DNA from: an uncultured Nitrospinota bacterium
GTDB lineage: Bacteria > Tectomicrobia > Entotheonellia > J063 > CAVPRW01
Assembly: GCA_963707985.1 (NCBI GenBank)
Contig: CAVPRW010000006.1
Span: forward strand, 1 to 64,000
Length of the DNA stretch: 64,000 nucleotides
Reading direction: 5' to 3'
Translations under genes and position numbers: made by a program
Shown here: positions 20,868 to 32,196 of the stretch, one piece after another
Numbering within the stretch: position 1 is the first letter of the stretch
How the letters are laid out: every line of letters begins with the position of its first letter
The notes under the pieces: model-generated
Database searches by the model: none
The model's input: only the letters and a program-made list of their open reading frames with translations
What the model was told of the DNA's origin: nothing

Positions 20868-21572
20868 CCTCACCTGCCATCCGTGTCTTGGTTGTCGATG
20901 ATGAACCGCAAATTCGACGTTTCCTCAGGACCACCCTGAGCGCTCATGGCTATCGCGTCATCGAAGCCTCCTGCGGGCGCGACGCCCTCGCCCTGACGGC
21001 CACCGAGCAGCCAGCGTTGGTGCTGCTCGATCTCGGATTGCCTGACATCGACGGTCTGGAGGTCATCCATCGGCTGCGCGAGTGGTCCACGGTGCCGATC
21101 ATCGTCGTCTCCGTGCGCGGACAAGAGTCGGAGAAGATCGCAGCCCTGGACAATGGGGCCGATGACTATGTCACCAAGCCGTTCGGCATGGGGGAATTAC
21201 TTGCCCGCATGCGTGCGGCGCTGCGCCATCGACTGCAGGCAGAGCTCGACGAGCCAGTGTTCCACGCGGCAGGGCTGACGGTCGATCTGGGCAAGCGGGT
21301 CGTGAGTCGTCGATAGTCACGAGGTGAAACTCACGCCCAAGGAGTACGATCTGCTTCGCGTCATGGTCACGCACGCCGGCAAGGTCATCACCCACCAACA
21401 CTTATTACGCGAGGTGTGGGGACCCGGTTCGGTGCACGAAACACACTATTTGCGGGTGTACATCGGGCAGCTCCGCCAGAAGCTCGAACCCGATCCGGCG
21501 CAGCCCTGTTACATCCTCACCGAGCCGGGAGTGGGCTACCGCCTGCGGATGGAGGACGAGGGGTCACAGTGA
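20864..21572 (+). CDS. kdpE: response regulator KdpE, frameshift near 21310
   Basis: VLVVDDEPQIRRFL, LDLGLPD, GADDYVTKPF; C-terminal LTPKEYDLL..YLRVYIGQLRQKLE..TEPGVGYR; overlaps the kdpD ORF end. Confidence 0.95.
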
Positions 21573-21658
21573 GGTCCAATCATGATGGGTCGCTCACCTG
21601 GATATAGGCCAGGTACGACCCGCTGGGGCGTATGAACCGGTGGGCTAGTGGAACTGAC

Positions 21659-24016
21659 CTACGACAGGGGTTCCCCAAAGGAGAGGGTGACGGTTGTCCC
21701 CTCACCTGACTCGAACGTGAGCGTCCCTTGTAGTTGCGCCGCGAGCAGGTGGACGAGCCGCAAGCCTAATGACGTAGTGGTGGAGACATCTAAGCCTGGA
21801 GGCAGGCCAGCCCCGTCATCACGCACGGCGAGCACATAGGGGCACTGAGGACGTTGGTGAAGGGTGACCTTGATGGTGCCGCTCCGGCCTCCAGGGAACG
21901 CGTGTCGGACGCAATTCGAAAGCAATTCGTGGAGCAGCAAACCACAAGGGATCGCGGTTTCGATCGGTAGGTACACCTCCGCAGCGCTGATTTCTAACTC
22001 GAGACGCCCCTGACCAACCTGTGATGACCGGACCACCCTGATCGCCAAGTCCCGGAGATATTCCCCAAAATTGATCTGAGCCAAAGTCCCTGATCGGTAC
22101 AATTGTTGGTGAATCAGCGCCATCGTTTGAATGCGGGCCTGACTCTCCTCGAAGGGGACTCGGAGCTGGGGATCGGCAATCATCTGCGCCTGCAAACCGA
22201 GAAGGCTGGACACGACTTGCAGGTTGTTTTTGACCCGGTGGTGAATCTCCTTGAGCAGCATCTCTTTTTCCCGCAGCGAGGCCTTCAGATATGCCTCCAC
22301 CTGCATGCGCTCGGTGATATCGCGGGCGATGGTGGCGGCACCAATGATGCGGCCATTGCCATCTTTAATGGGAAAAATCGAGAGAGAAACGTCCAACCGC
22401 TGGCCGTCCTTGCGCATCCTGACGGTTTCGACATGCTGCAGGCGCTCGCCTTGGCGCAGGTGGCCCAGAATGGCCGGCAGCTCATCAGCGCGCTCCGGTG
22501 GCACCAGTAGAGCAATCGGCTGTCCAATGACTTCGCTGACGCCATAGCCATAGAGCCGCTCCGCCCCTGCGTTCCAACTTGTAATCACTCCGGCAAGGGT
22601 TTTGCCAATGATTGCATCATCCGAGGAGGCCACGATGGCCGCGAGCTGGGCATGCACTTCCTCGGCCCGCCGATGCTCGGTCACATCGATAACCATGACC
22701 CCAACCCCCAGAAGCCTCCCATCACGAGTGCGGACCGGATAGTAGCTCGCCAGCCAGTAGCCCTGCTGCAACGGGTCGGTCGGTTTCTCGCCGCATAACT
22801 CGACGTTCACCAGGGGCTCTCCCGTCTGTAGGACCTGGCGGTGGAAGGGCTCCACGATGGGGGCCAAGGTTGGGAGCACCTCGTGCAAGGTGCGACCCAG
22901 ATGGGCGTCCGTGGGCAGTCCGTTGATGGCGGCAAGAGCCTCATTGATGCGTCGGAAGCGCAGGTCTAGGTCCATGAATGCGAACCCGACCGGTGCAGTG
23001 GCCAAGAGGGTATCCAAGAGTGCCAGCGACTCCTCCGCTGTGGCGCGAGCTTCCCGAGCTTCCTGGTAGAGGTGTGCCTGCTGCGCCTCGGCACGTTTGC
23101 GCTCGGCCACAGCGGCCGCCAACACCAAACTTGTCACCGTCACCACTCCGATGAAGGCTTGCAGCCCAAGCAAACTGGCATGTACCGTGTCGCGGGTGAA
23201 AGGGCCCATCCCTTGGGCTGTCCACGCAATGGCTACCACCGATACAAGGCTGAGGGTGGTCACTACCCCTGGGGGGCCAAAGCGAAGCGCGGCCCAGGTG
23301 AGAACGGGGAAGACAAGATAGGAGATCTCCAGTCCTGGGGCAGCCCATAGGCCGCAGAACACGATCATACTGAAGGCAATGACGGCGCCGAGCAGGGCTC
23401 CAGCCTCCAGCAGCTGCAGGCGTGATAAGCGATGACGCGGCCAGGTGCTCCAGACGAACACCATCGGGGCGACGATCAGTGCCCCCATGGCATCTCCTAA
23501 CCACCACGTCCACCAAGCCTGGCCATACGATGAAGTCGAAATGAGACTACCCCACCAACCACTGGTAACCCCGATGGTGGCACTGACCAGAGGGCTCAGA
23601 CCTGCCGCCAGAATGACGAGTCCAAGGACATCCTGTAAGCGATCCAGGGCTGGACGGAATCCAACCACACGGCGCAGGAGAAATGCCCCAAGCAGCGCTT
23701 CAAGGGTATTCCCGACGGCAACTCCGCCGGCGGAGGACACAGGGGCACCAGCCCATAAATTAATCAACAGGGCACCGAGCGTGATGCCGGGCCAAAAACG
23801 TGTGCCATACAATGTCATGGCGGCCAGGGCAATGCCGGTAGGGGGCCATACCACCGCGGCGATGCCGCTTACCGCATCGAGCGACAGGCCCAGCGCGGCC
23901 GTGCTGACATAGATGACACACAGCAACCCCATGCCAATACAGTCAGACCAGGAGGGGGCACTCATGGCGTCCCTCTGCAGGTGGAGAGCATTATCTCCCC
24001 ATCGACTCTCCCTCAT
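21659..24016 (-). CDS. MASE1-PAS-PAS sensor histidine kinase (HisKA_2/HWE type)
   Basis: MASE1 (VWPPTGIALA, WWLGDAMG), two PAS domains, EIHHRVKNNLQ H-box, SLGLRLV. Confidence 0.93.
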   Translation of the reverse strand: MRESRWGDNALHLQRDAMSAPSWSDCIGMGLLCVIYVSTAALGLSLDAVSGIAAVVWPPTGIALAAMTLYGTRFWPGITLGALLINLWAGAPVSSAGGVAVGNTLEALLGAFLLRRVVGFRPALDRLQDVLGLVILAAGLSPLVSATIGVTSGWWGSLISTSSYGQAWWTWWLGDAMGALIVAPMVFVWSTWPRHRLSRLQLLEAGALLGAVIAFSMIVFCGLWAAPGLEISYLVFPVLTWAALRFGPPGVVTTLSLVSVVAIAWTAQGMGPFTRDTVHASLLGLQAFIGVVTVTSLVLAAAVAERKRAEAQQAHLYQEAREARATAEESLALLDTLLATAPVGFAFMDLDLRFRRINEALAAINGLPTDAHLGRTLHEVLPTLAPIVEPFHRQVLQTGEPLVNVELCGEKPTDPLQQGYWLASYYPVRTRDGRLLGVGVMVIDVTEHRRAEEVHAQLAAIVASSDDAIIGKTLAGVITSWNAGAERLYGYGVSEVIGQPIALLVPPERADELPAILGHLRQGERLQHVETVRMRKDGQRLDVSLSIFPIKDGNGRIIGAATIARDITERMQVEAYLKASLREKEMLLKEIHHRVKNNLQVVSSLLGLQAQMIADPQLRVPFEESQARIQTMALIHQQLYRSGTLAQINFGEYLRDLAIRVVRSSQVGQGRLELEISAAEVYLPIETAIPCGLLLHELLSNCVRHAFPGGRSGTIKVTLHQRPQCPYVLAVRDDGAGLPPGLDVSTTTSLGLRLVHLLAAQLQGTLTFESGEGTTVTLSFGEPLS

Positions 24017-24423
24017 AGTTCACTCCATGGAGGGATCAATGGCCACACCGCGAGCTTGCCGAAGCGAGTGTAGCATAGATTTGACTATAATGGGTCAAGA
24101 AAACGGCGTTCACGATAGGAATCTACCATAACACTTGACACCTGCGTGTAACATGTCGAAAATACCCGAGCATATCCTCATGTCTGGCCCACTGCCACTC
24201 ATCACTCGAGAAAGGCGTACGGTCTGAGCTAAAGCACTTCCGTTGCCTATCGGCGGCTCGACGCCGTTCATATCGACGCACTGCCTGTGGAATCGCCTGT
24301 AGTAAGGAGGGAGAGAGCCCCATCTCGAAGCTGGCCATCTTAGGAATCGTCCGTACATACGTTGCCCACGTGGATGTATGTCCTACCCTTGTGGCCTATC
24401 ATAAGGGTAGGAGCCAAGCAGAT

Positions 24424-25330
24424 ATGCTAGCCCGCCTTCGTGAACAGTGTGCGGTCTTGGCGGCGGCTGAGGAGCGAGGCCGCCGCCTCTGGGCCGTCGC
24501 CGCAGCCAAAGCGATGGGACCTGGGGGCCAACGCTCGTCGCGACAGCCACGGGACTGTCGCACCGCCCCCTTGATCAGGGACGGCGGGAGCACGGGTCCC
24601 TCTCCGGCGATGCCCAGGAGGCCCCGCAGCGTTTCGTCGTCCTGGTGGGGACCGTACACCCCTGCCAGATCACGAGCCGACGTTGGGGGCCGACCTGGAA
24701 GCCTGGGTCGAGCCGACCAGCCGTGGGGACCCAGCGTCGCCATGGCGTTGGACGTGCAAGCGTGTGCGGCCACTGGCCGCGGAACTGCCACGGCCAGGGC
24801 ACACGGTGGGGCGGCAACAGGTCGCCGACCGGCTGGCCGATCTGGCGTACCGTCTCCAAGGCCATCGGCAGACCACGGAAGGCACGGCACCTCCCGATCG
24901 CAAGGCGCCATTCGAACCCATGAATGCGCCGGGGGCGGCGTTTCAAACGCGCGGGCCACCAGTGGTCTCGGTCGACACGAAGAAGAAAGAATTGGTGGGG
25001 GATGTCAAGCATGGGGGCCGAGCCTGGCGGCCGCCAGGCGACCCGGCATTGGTGCGCACCGATGATTTTGCCGACAAGCCTCTGGGCCAGGTGACTCCGT
25101 CTGGCGTGGACGATCAGACCGCTAAGGTCGGAGGGGTGAGCGTGGGCGTAGATCACGACACGGCCGCATTGGCGGTGGAGAGCCTTCAGCGCTGGTGGGT
25201 CACGCTGGGGGTGGTCCGCTATCAGGACGCCACGGCATTGCTCATGACCGCTGATGGGGGAGGCAGCCAGGGCAGCCGGAGCCGCCTGTGGAAGGTCGCC
25301 TTGCAGCGTCTGGCCGATGCCACGGGTTTG
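24424..25330 (+). pseudogene. ISAzo13-family transposase, frameshifted and truncated
   Basis: RGDPASPWRWTCK, SVDTKKKELVG, VGVDHDTAALAV, LLMTADGGGSQG..RLWK. Confidence 0.88.
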
Positions 25331-25448
25331 CGCATGTCTCCAACGACAGCCTGTCTTGCGAGCATGGCCCGTAACCTTTTTCGTTGGTTGTGCCACTACT
25401 GGCATGATGAGCTGGCGGCGACGATACTCGTTCCTCGAGGGGGTGTGT

Positions 25449-25880
25449 ATGCAACGGTGGATTGTACTGTCGGGGCTTGGGTTACTCGTGCTCGTGGTGG
25501 CCATTCAGTTCATCCCGGTGGATACGGCCAATCCGCCTGTGGAGAGCGACATTCCCACCACCCCAGCGGTGAAGGCGGTCCTGCGGCGCGCGTGCTACGA
25601 CTGCCACTCGCATGAAACGGTGTGGCCCTGGTACAGCCATATCGCCCCCATTTCATGGCTGCTCGTGCGAGATGTGCAGGAAGGGCGGGCGGAACTCAAT
25701 TTGTCCAGCTGGAACCAGTACAGTCCCCAGAAACAAGTGAAGAAGCTGCAGGAGAGTTGGAAGGAAGTCAGTGAAGGGGACATGCCACCCTGGTATTACC
25801 TCCCGGTCCACCGGGAGGCCCGACTGTCGGCCGAAGACCGGATGCTGTTGGAGCAGTGGGCCCGCACCCCCACCGAATAG
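25449..25880 (+). CDS. heme-binding (Haem_bd) c-type cytochrome protein
   Basis: 143 aa; N-terminal TM, RACYDCHS (CxxCH), WPWYSHIAP.SW, MPPWYY. Confidence 0.9.
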   Translation: MQRWIVLSGLGLLVLVVAIQFIPVDTANPPVESDIPTTPAVKAVLRRACYDCHSHETVWPWYSHIAPISWLLVRDVQEGRAELNLSSWNQYSPQKQVKKLQESWKEVSEGDMPPWYYLPVHREARLSAEDRMLLEQWARTPTE

Positions 25881-26160
25881 ACGTCGAAGACTGGACGCAA
25901 CCGACCATCACCAAACCACGGTGGGCATTGTGGCTCATACTCTTACCGGTCATGCTCACCACAGGCGGGTCCAGCCGGATGTTCTCGGGCGGTTCTCAGG
26001 AAGCGTGGGCTCTTGCGCACTTTTGGTGATTCAGGGTAACGGAAGCACAATTGCCACGAGCGAGGAGAGGGTGGTAGGCTCGAAAATCGTGGTTAATCAA
26101 TGGCGAAACGAGCCATCTTCTCAAGATCAGCTAGGCCATCAGTTGGCGTTCACCAAAAGT

Positions 26161-26502
26161 GATACTGCTGGCGAAGTCCTCCCGGTACTGGTACGATGTA
26201 TCGGCGTCAGTGATGGCCTCACGGACAGATGTGGAGGTGTCTCCGGCTGCGCCCGATGCCGATCGCGCCAGTCCCTCGCGAACCAGCGCGTGTCGCCCGT
26301 GCCGCGTTTCCTAAGGGGCACCGCGATCTGCGACGCGCCGATGAAGTCGAGACGTGGTTCACGGAGGACGCCTTTCGGGCGCTGTTCCCCACCCACGGCC
26401 ACCCCGCTTGGCCCCCGTGGCGGCTGGCGCGCGCCGCGTGGCGCTCCGTGCGGGGGCGGATGGCGCTGCCGCATCACCCGATGAGACTTCGCCAGCAGTA
26501 TC
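26161..26502 (+). mobile_element. internally deleted IS1182-like element (342 bp)
   Basis: perfect 18-bp IRs GATACTGCTGGCGAAGTC; 6-bp target duplication AAAAGT on both sides; retains transposase N-terminus (ARVARAAFPKG..FRALFP..GHPAWPPWRLA). Confidence 0.85.
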
Positions 26503-26639
26503 AAAAGTGGCCAAGAGCCGCTTTATGTCCGGATCAGTATGAGATGAGTATGCCACATTGTGCGGAGGCTGTATAGGCTCGTCGATAAGTTGACAACGCC
26601 GGGAGCGGGCCTCGCGTCCTTCTTGGGCCGGAGAGCTTC

Positions 26640-28001
26640 TTATTCCTCCCCGATATCCGGCTCAGATTTATTGTGAGGCTTAACATAAAAAGTCGTAAAA
26701 GCAGTATTATTATCCTCATTAATTTCTTCCACTTCGTCATAAACATCAAGGTCAACATAGACGTCGTAATGCCCAGCCCGTATGGACATTCCTATCATCT
26801 GGTTAATACCTTCATATTCAGATTCACCTTCACCGGGTTGTGTGATGGAAACGATGGAAGGCGTTGTCACATTCACGGTAAGGACCTCGTCTTTCTCATC
26901 TCTACATCCGGAGCAACGGTCAGCTTTATAAATAGTTAACCTGTCGACATGTTCAGGAGCGGTTTTCCAGCCTGTATTCCATACGGCCCACCGTATCAAG
27001 ATAGCGGCAAAACCCTCCTCAGTAGGCGGTCCTGTTGGACTATATCCCGAAACTGCACTATTGAACGCTACTGTGCTGTGGAATTCCAGTTCCGCCTTTT
27101 TATCTTCTTCCTTCCGAGACATCTGATTTTTTGGTTCGTTCACGTCTCCAGGTTTACGCTGAATGAGAGCAGTAGTAGTCTCTGTCAGAGTATTGTGCTC
27201 GATTTTTTCTTTCTCCGCGCGCCGGGGGCACTGACCTCCACGGCTGACGCCCTCGATGAAATGTGGCTGGATGGCTGAAGATAGTTGGACACTTGCAGAA
27301 GTGCTCATAGCTGTGACAGGTGGCAGCGCTTCGGGCATCTTCATAACTTTATCAGCTACCCGATCCGCTTCCTGTTCGAATTTGTCGTTCGGCTCGCCGA
27401 CCCTCAGTTTGGGCTGAATTACTGCCGCGCTTGGGAACGCCATGGGGCTCAGTCGAGCAACCGACCTCTCGAATCCCGATCCGAAATCGTGGCCGAAGCG
27501 CTGCTCCCTGTCCTGCCGTAACGCCGACTCCCACGGCCTGCCGGGACGGGCAAGGGCTTGGTCTATACTGGCAGACACCACATCCATCTGCCCAGTCGAT
27601 GCTCCTGAGAAGCCCTGGATGTGCGGTAGTGCGCCGCTGACTCCAGTCTGCGCCGACGCTGCCAACACCTGATTGGCAAGCACCCGGTCTGCTTCCTGCT
27701 CATATTCATCACCTGGCGTGTTGATCGCTCGTTTCGTCTGTATCGCTGCTGTAGGAGGATGTATGGGAATCCGACTAAAATCGTGCCCAACGAGAGGTGA
27801 TGCCGTACCGTTCAATCCGGCGTTGAGTTCTTCAGCATGAGTCTGCAACATCCGTCGCACAGCTTGATTCCCAATGGTGCGCTGCAAGTGCAGGAGAGGA
27901 TTTGCGTGATGATTCAGCCCAAGTATTGCCGTGTTCGACCGAGTAAAGCTCGATGATGCTGGCGTTTGATGTTGATGTTGCTTTTGCGCAAAGATTCTCA
28001 T
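26640..28001 (-). CDS. DUF4157/eCIS-core-associated-type protein with CARDB-like C-terminal domain
   Basis: LQRTIGNQAV, GHDFSRIPIH, two IQ[TP]KL..G..D..EQEADRV repeats; C-terminus VDLDVYDEVEEINEDNN. Confidence 0.7.
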   Translation of the reverse strand: MRIFAQKQHQHQTPASSSFTRSNTAILGLNHHANPLLHLQRTIGNQAVRRMLQTHAEELNAGLNGTASPLVGHDFSRIPIHPPTAAIQTKRAINTPGDEYEQEADRVLANQVLAASAQTGVSGALPHIQGFSGASTGQMDVVSASIDQALARPGRPWESALRQDREQRFGHDFGSGFERSVARLSPMAFPSAAVIQPKLRVGEPNDKFEQEADRVADKVMKMPEALPPVTAMSTSASVQLSSAIQPHFIEGVSRGGQCPRRAEKEKIEHNTLTETTTALIQRKPGDVNEPKNQMSRKEEDKKAELEFHSTVAFNSAVSGYSPTGPPTEEGFAAILIRWAVWNTGWKTAPEHVDRLTIYKADRCSGCRDEKDEVLTVNVTTPSIVSITQPGEGESEYEGINQMIGMSIRAGHYDVYVDLDVYDEVEEINEDNNTAFTTFYVKPHNKSEPDIGEE

Positions 28002-28099
28002 GTTCCATGTTCCTCTTGAGAGCATTGTCAACTTAACGATGATATCGGCCAAACGGTGTGGTCGAGTGGGACGATGCGCCCATTTCGAGGCCATCTTAT

Positions 28100-28934
28100 G
28101 GCATTGTCAACTCATCGAGGCTAATCCCGTCATAAGGCGAACGGGTACACTACTCCAATCCTTCCTGCCTCTTAGGCCGCCCGTTCCGTACCCGTGATCT
28201 CAGCCCAACTCTCGAATCGATGGCTCATTTCTTGACGGTATGCGGAGGCTGATAGCAGATGCCGTCGCGGTCGAAAGTGTTGGGCGATGAGACCGTAAGC
28301 GGAAGGAAAGCGCTGGGCATGTCCGGGCGCTTTGCCCTGTTGCATGCGCTGTTCCCGCTGACGGATTGGTTGATGAGAGTTTTCCACGCGGTTGTTGAGA
28401 TAGCAATGCTGACAATATTCGACGCCAGGCAGGATCTCTCGCTTCGCCGCGCCATAGCTTTTGCGTTTGTCCGTGCTAATCACCCGCGGGACGTATCTTA
28501 ACCTTTTGAGCAGCTTACGGAAAAACTTCTTCGCGGCGTTCTTGTTCCGACGGCTCTGCACCAGGATGTCGAGCACCTAGCCATCCTGATCCACTGCCCG
28601 CCACAGATAGTGCTGTGCCCCGTTGATCGTCAGCAATACTTCATCCATGTGCCATTGGTCACCTGGTCTCAGGCGGCGGTGACGGAGCTGATTGGCATAC
28701 CGTTGCCCGAACTTTTGGCACCACTTCCGGATCGCTTCATACGTGACGATGATGCCCCGGGCGAACAGGAGCTCTTCCACGTCGCGGTAGCTGAGACAAA
28801 AGCGGCAGTACAGCCAGACACCCTGGCTGATGATTGCAGGTCGAAATCGGTGATTCTTGTAAATGGGGGTTGAAAGGTATTCATGACCGAGTTATGTCAT
28901 ACTCAGCCAGACTCAGCAACAAGTTGACAATGCC
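28100..28934 (-). mobile_element. IS6-family IS, transposase 28172-28884 with internal stop/frameshift
   Basis: IRs GGCATTGTCAACT (28100) / AGTTGACAATGCC (28922-28934); WHMDE, YLWRAVD, TDK..SY, LNNRVENSH. Confidence 0.92.
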
Positions 28935-28961
28935 TAATGGACGGCTGCGAGCGGTGCTGAA

Positions 28962-29390
28962 ATGACTAGCGCATCGAATAAGGCTTTGGTACTTGCGTAC
29001 TATCAATACGTTGTGGCCGAGGGTCGGTTCGAGGAGATCCCAAACGACATCGGTGAAACATATGTGGATCACAACAGTTCCAACGATGCACCGAAGGGGC
29101 CGTTAGCTGTGGAGGCTCACCTGCGCGCCATCCGTACCACGTTTCCAGATTTCACGCTTCGTACCCATGAGGTCATTGCCGAAGGCGAGTGGGTTGCTCT
29201 TCGCGTGACTGTTGAAGGGACTCACTTGGGCGAATGGCTCGGAATCAGACCATCTGGAAAGCGCATCGCATTGCGCGGTATCAATCTGGATCGCGTTGCC
29301 GGCGGCCACATTGTGGAACATTGGGGCGAAGCGGATACGGTCGGAATGCTCGTGCAGATGGGAGTCAATCCATTCGGGAGCACTCAGTGA
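28962..29390 (+). CDS. SnoaL-like ester cyclase family protein
   Basis: NKALV..Y, FPDF..HEVIAEGEWV, GTHLGEWLGIRPSGK, GHIVEHW. Confidence 0.9.
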   Translation: MTSASNKALVLAYYQYVVAEGRFEEIPNDIGETYVDHNSSNDAPKGPLAVEAHLRAIRTTFPDFTLRTHEVIAEGEWVALRVTVEGTHLGEWLGIRPSGKRIALRGINLDRVAGGHIVEHWGEADTVGMLVQMGVNPFGSTQ

Positions 29391-29400
29391 GAGAACTGGC

Positions 29401-29461
29401 GCCCAACAAGGGCGTGCAGGCGACGTGCGAAGACGCACGCGCCTGACGCCAGCCGTTCGGC
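29401..29461 (+). other. integron attC recombination site
   Basis: R'' GCCCAAC ... R' GTTCGGC; L boxes GGCGT-G-CAGGCG / CGCCTG-ACGCC with an extrahelical base; 10 bp after the SnoaL stop. Confidence 0.8.
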
Positions 29462-29678
29462 TGGTAAGAGGCACACGATGGCATGGGACCTTATAATAGC
29501 AGTCAAGGCATCACAACGGACGCGGTCCAAGGGGTTGGGGCTTGTCCGGTCTGCCGACTCGCTGGAGCAGTCGACGGCCTGTGATCACCGCGTCGCCAGC
29601 CGAATGCAGCGGCGCACGGGGGTCACGGCCTGCGAATGTCGCGGTCGACAAAACCACATCGAAAAGGAGGGGTCTCGT

Positions 29679-32139
29679 ATGAAGGCAGTCAAGCTGGTCG
29701 TCGCCATAGCGGTTTCAGGTGTCGCCTTTGCATTCTATTCCTCATGCTGCATCGCGCAGCAAGTTACCGGTGAGTTGGGTTCGCCCAGCGCCACCACCAC
29801 GATCAGCGGAAAACAGCTTCCGCCGCCCGATCCGAAGTTCGGCGGGGTGATCAAGGAAAAGGCCTCGGAGTCGAAAGCCTGGTGGGCGCCACGCGTCGTG
29901 CCGCCGAAGGGCGCGCCCAACGTGCTGCTCATCATGACCGACGATAGCGGCTTCGGCGCGCCGGGCACGTTCGGCGGCGTCGTTCCGACACCGGCACTGG
30001 ATCGCATCGCGAAGAGCGGGCTGCGCTACACGAATTTCCACTCCACGTCGCTCTGCTCGCCGACGCGCGCGGCGATCATCACCGGCCGCAACCATCACGT
30101 GGCCGGCTTCGGGGTGGTGGGCGAAATCGCGACGGGATTCCCGGGCTACGACTCGGTCATCCGGAAGGAGAACGGCACCATCGGCACCATCCTGAAGGAG
30201 AACGGGTACGCGACCTCGTGGTTCGGCAAGGACCACAACACGCCCTTCTATCAGGCGACCCAGGCCGGGCCCTTCGACCAGTGGCCGAACGGCATGGGCT
30301 TCGAGTACTTCTATGGCTTCGTCGGCGGCGACGCCAGCCAGTGGCAGCCGAACCTGTTCCGCAATACGACGGCCATCTACCCCTTCGAGGGCAATCCGGG
30401 CTGGAACCTGACCACGGCCATGGCCGACGAGGCGATCCAGTACATGAAGCAGCTCAAGGAGATCGCGCCCGACAAGCCGTTCCTCGTCTATTACGTGCCG
30501 GGCGGCACGCACGCCCCGCATCATCCGACGCCGGAGTGGATCAAGAAGATCAGCGACATGCATCTCTTCGACGACGGCTGGAACAAGCTGCGCGAGACCA
30601 TCTTCGCCAATCAGAAGCGGCTGGGCATCATGCCTGCGAACGCCCAACTGACCCCGTGGCCGAAGGAACTGCCGGAGTGGGATTCCCTCAGCTGGGAGGA
30701 GAAGAAGCTCTTCATCAAGCAGGCCGACGTCTACGGGGCCTACCTCGCCTACACCGACCACGAGATCGGCCGCGTCATCCAGGCCGTCGAAGACCTGGGC
30801 GAGCTCGACAACACCCTGATCATCTACATCAGCGGCGACAACGGCGCGAGCGCGGAAGGCATGCTCAACGGCACGCCGAACGAGTTCACCACCTTCAATG
30901 GCGTTGCCGTGCCGGTCAAGGACCAGTTCCTCTGGTACGAGTTCTGGGGATCGGACCGGACCTTCCCGCACTTTGCGGCACCCTGGGCGTGGGCGATGGA
31001 CACGCCGTTCAAGTGGATGAAGCAGGTGGCGTCGCACTTCGGCGGGACGGCTCAGGGCGTGGCCATGTCGTGGCCCGGCCACATCAACGACGTGGGCGGC
31101 ATCCGCCGCCAGTTCCACCACGTCATCGACATCGTGCCGACCATCCTCGAAGCGACCGGCATCCCGGCGCCCGATACGATCAACGGCATCAAGCAGCGCC
31201 CGATGGACGGCGTGAGCATGGCCTACACGTGGGACAAGGCGAACGCCAACGCGCCCGACCCGGCACACCACGCAATACTTCGAGATGCTCGGCAACCGCG
31301 CCATCTATCACGACGGCTGGGTGGCGTGCACGACCCCGGCGACGCTCCCGTGGGAACTGAGCACGCAAGCCGCCGCCCGACGTGATCACCGGGTACAAGT
31401 GGGAGCTCTACAACGTCAAGGAGGATCCCACCCAGTCCAACGACCTGGCTGCCAAGATGCCGGAGAAGCTCAAGCAGATGCAGGCCCTCTTCTATCTGGA
31501 GGCGAAGAAGTATGACGTGCTGCCGCTCGACAACTCGACGCTCGCGCGCTGGAACACGCCGCGCCCGAGCCTGACGGCGGGACGAACGGTCTTCACCTAC
31601 TCGGGAGGACTGACCGGCGTCCCCAACAGCGGCGCTCCGAGCATCCTGAACAAGTCGTACACCATCACCGCCGAGGTCGAGATCCCCGAAGGTGGCGCGG
31701 AAGGCATGATCGTCACCGACGGCGGGCGCTTCGGCGGCTATGGCCTGTTCCTGAGCAAGGGCGAGTTGGGCATTCGGCCGGGGCAAGCCGGTGTTCCTCT
31801 ACAACCTGCTCGACCTCAAGCGCACGACGTGGGAAGGGCCTGAGCTGGGCGCCGGCAAGCACACCATCGTCTTCGACTTCAAGTCCGATGGTCCAGGCTT
31901 GGGCAAGGGAGGGACGGGCGTGCTCTCCGTGGACGGTCAAGGAAGTGGCCAGGAATTCCATGGAACACACCACCCCGATCACGTTCCCGGAGGACGAAAC
32001 CTTCGACATCGGCCAGGACACGCGCACCGGCGTCGCGATGCTGGAGTATCGCTACGATGTTCCGTTCAAGTTCACCGGCAAGATCAACAAGCTGACCTTC
32101 AAGCTCGAACCGGAGCCTAAGGCAGCACCGCAGCGCTAG
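29679..32139 (+). CDS. arylsulfatase (Cys-type, FGly-dependent), several frameshifts after 31250
   Basis: signal peptide, PNVLLIMTDD, LCSPTRAAIITGR, GKDH, SGDNGAS; C-terminal pieces in ORFs 31285, 31382, 31791 and 31888. Confidence 0.93.
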
Positions 32140-32196
32140 CCGCTTCAAGCCATTGCGAACCAGATCTCACGCGCGAAAGGACTAGAAATAGACGCG

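Noticed and set aside
26161..26502. Identical 342-bp length of the Tn3-like and IS1182-like mini-elements
   Set aside because: No sequence similarity between them; treated as coincidence
29742..31304. 520-aa antisense ORF over the arylsulfatase
   Set aside because: Shadow ORF from high GC3 codon bias; no motifs
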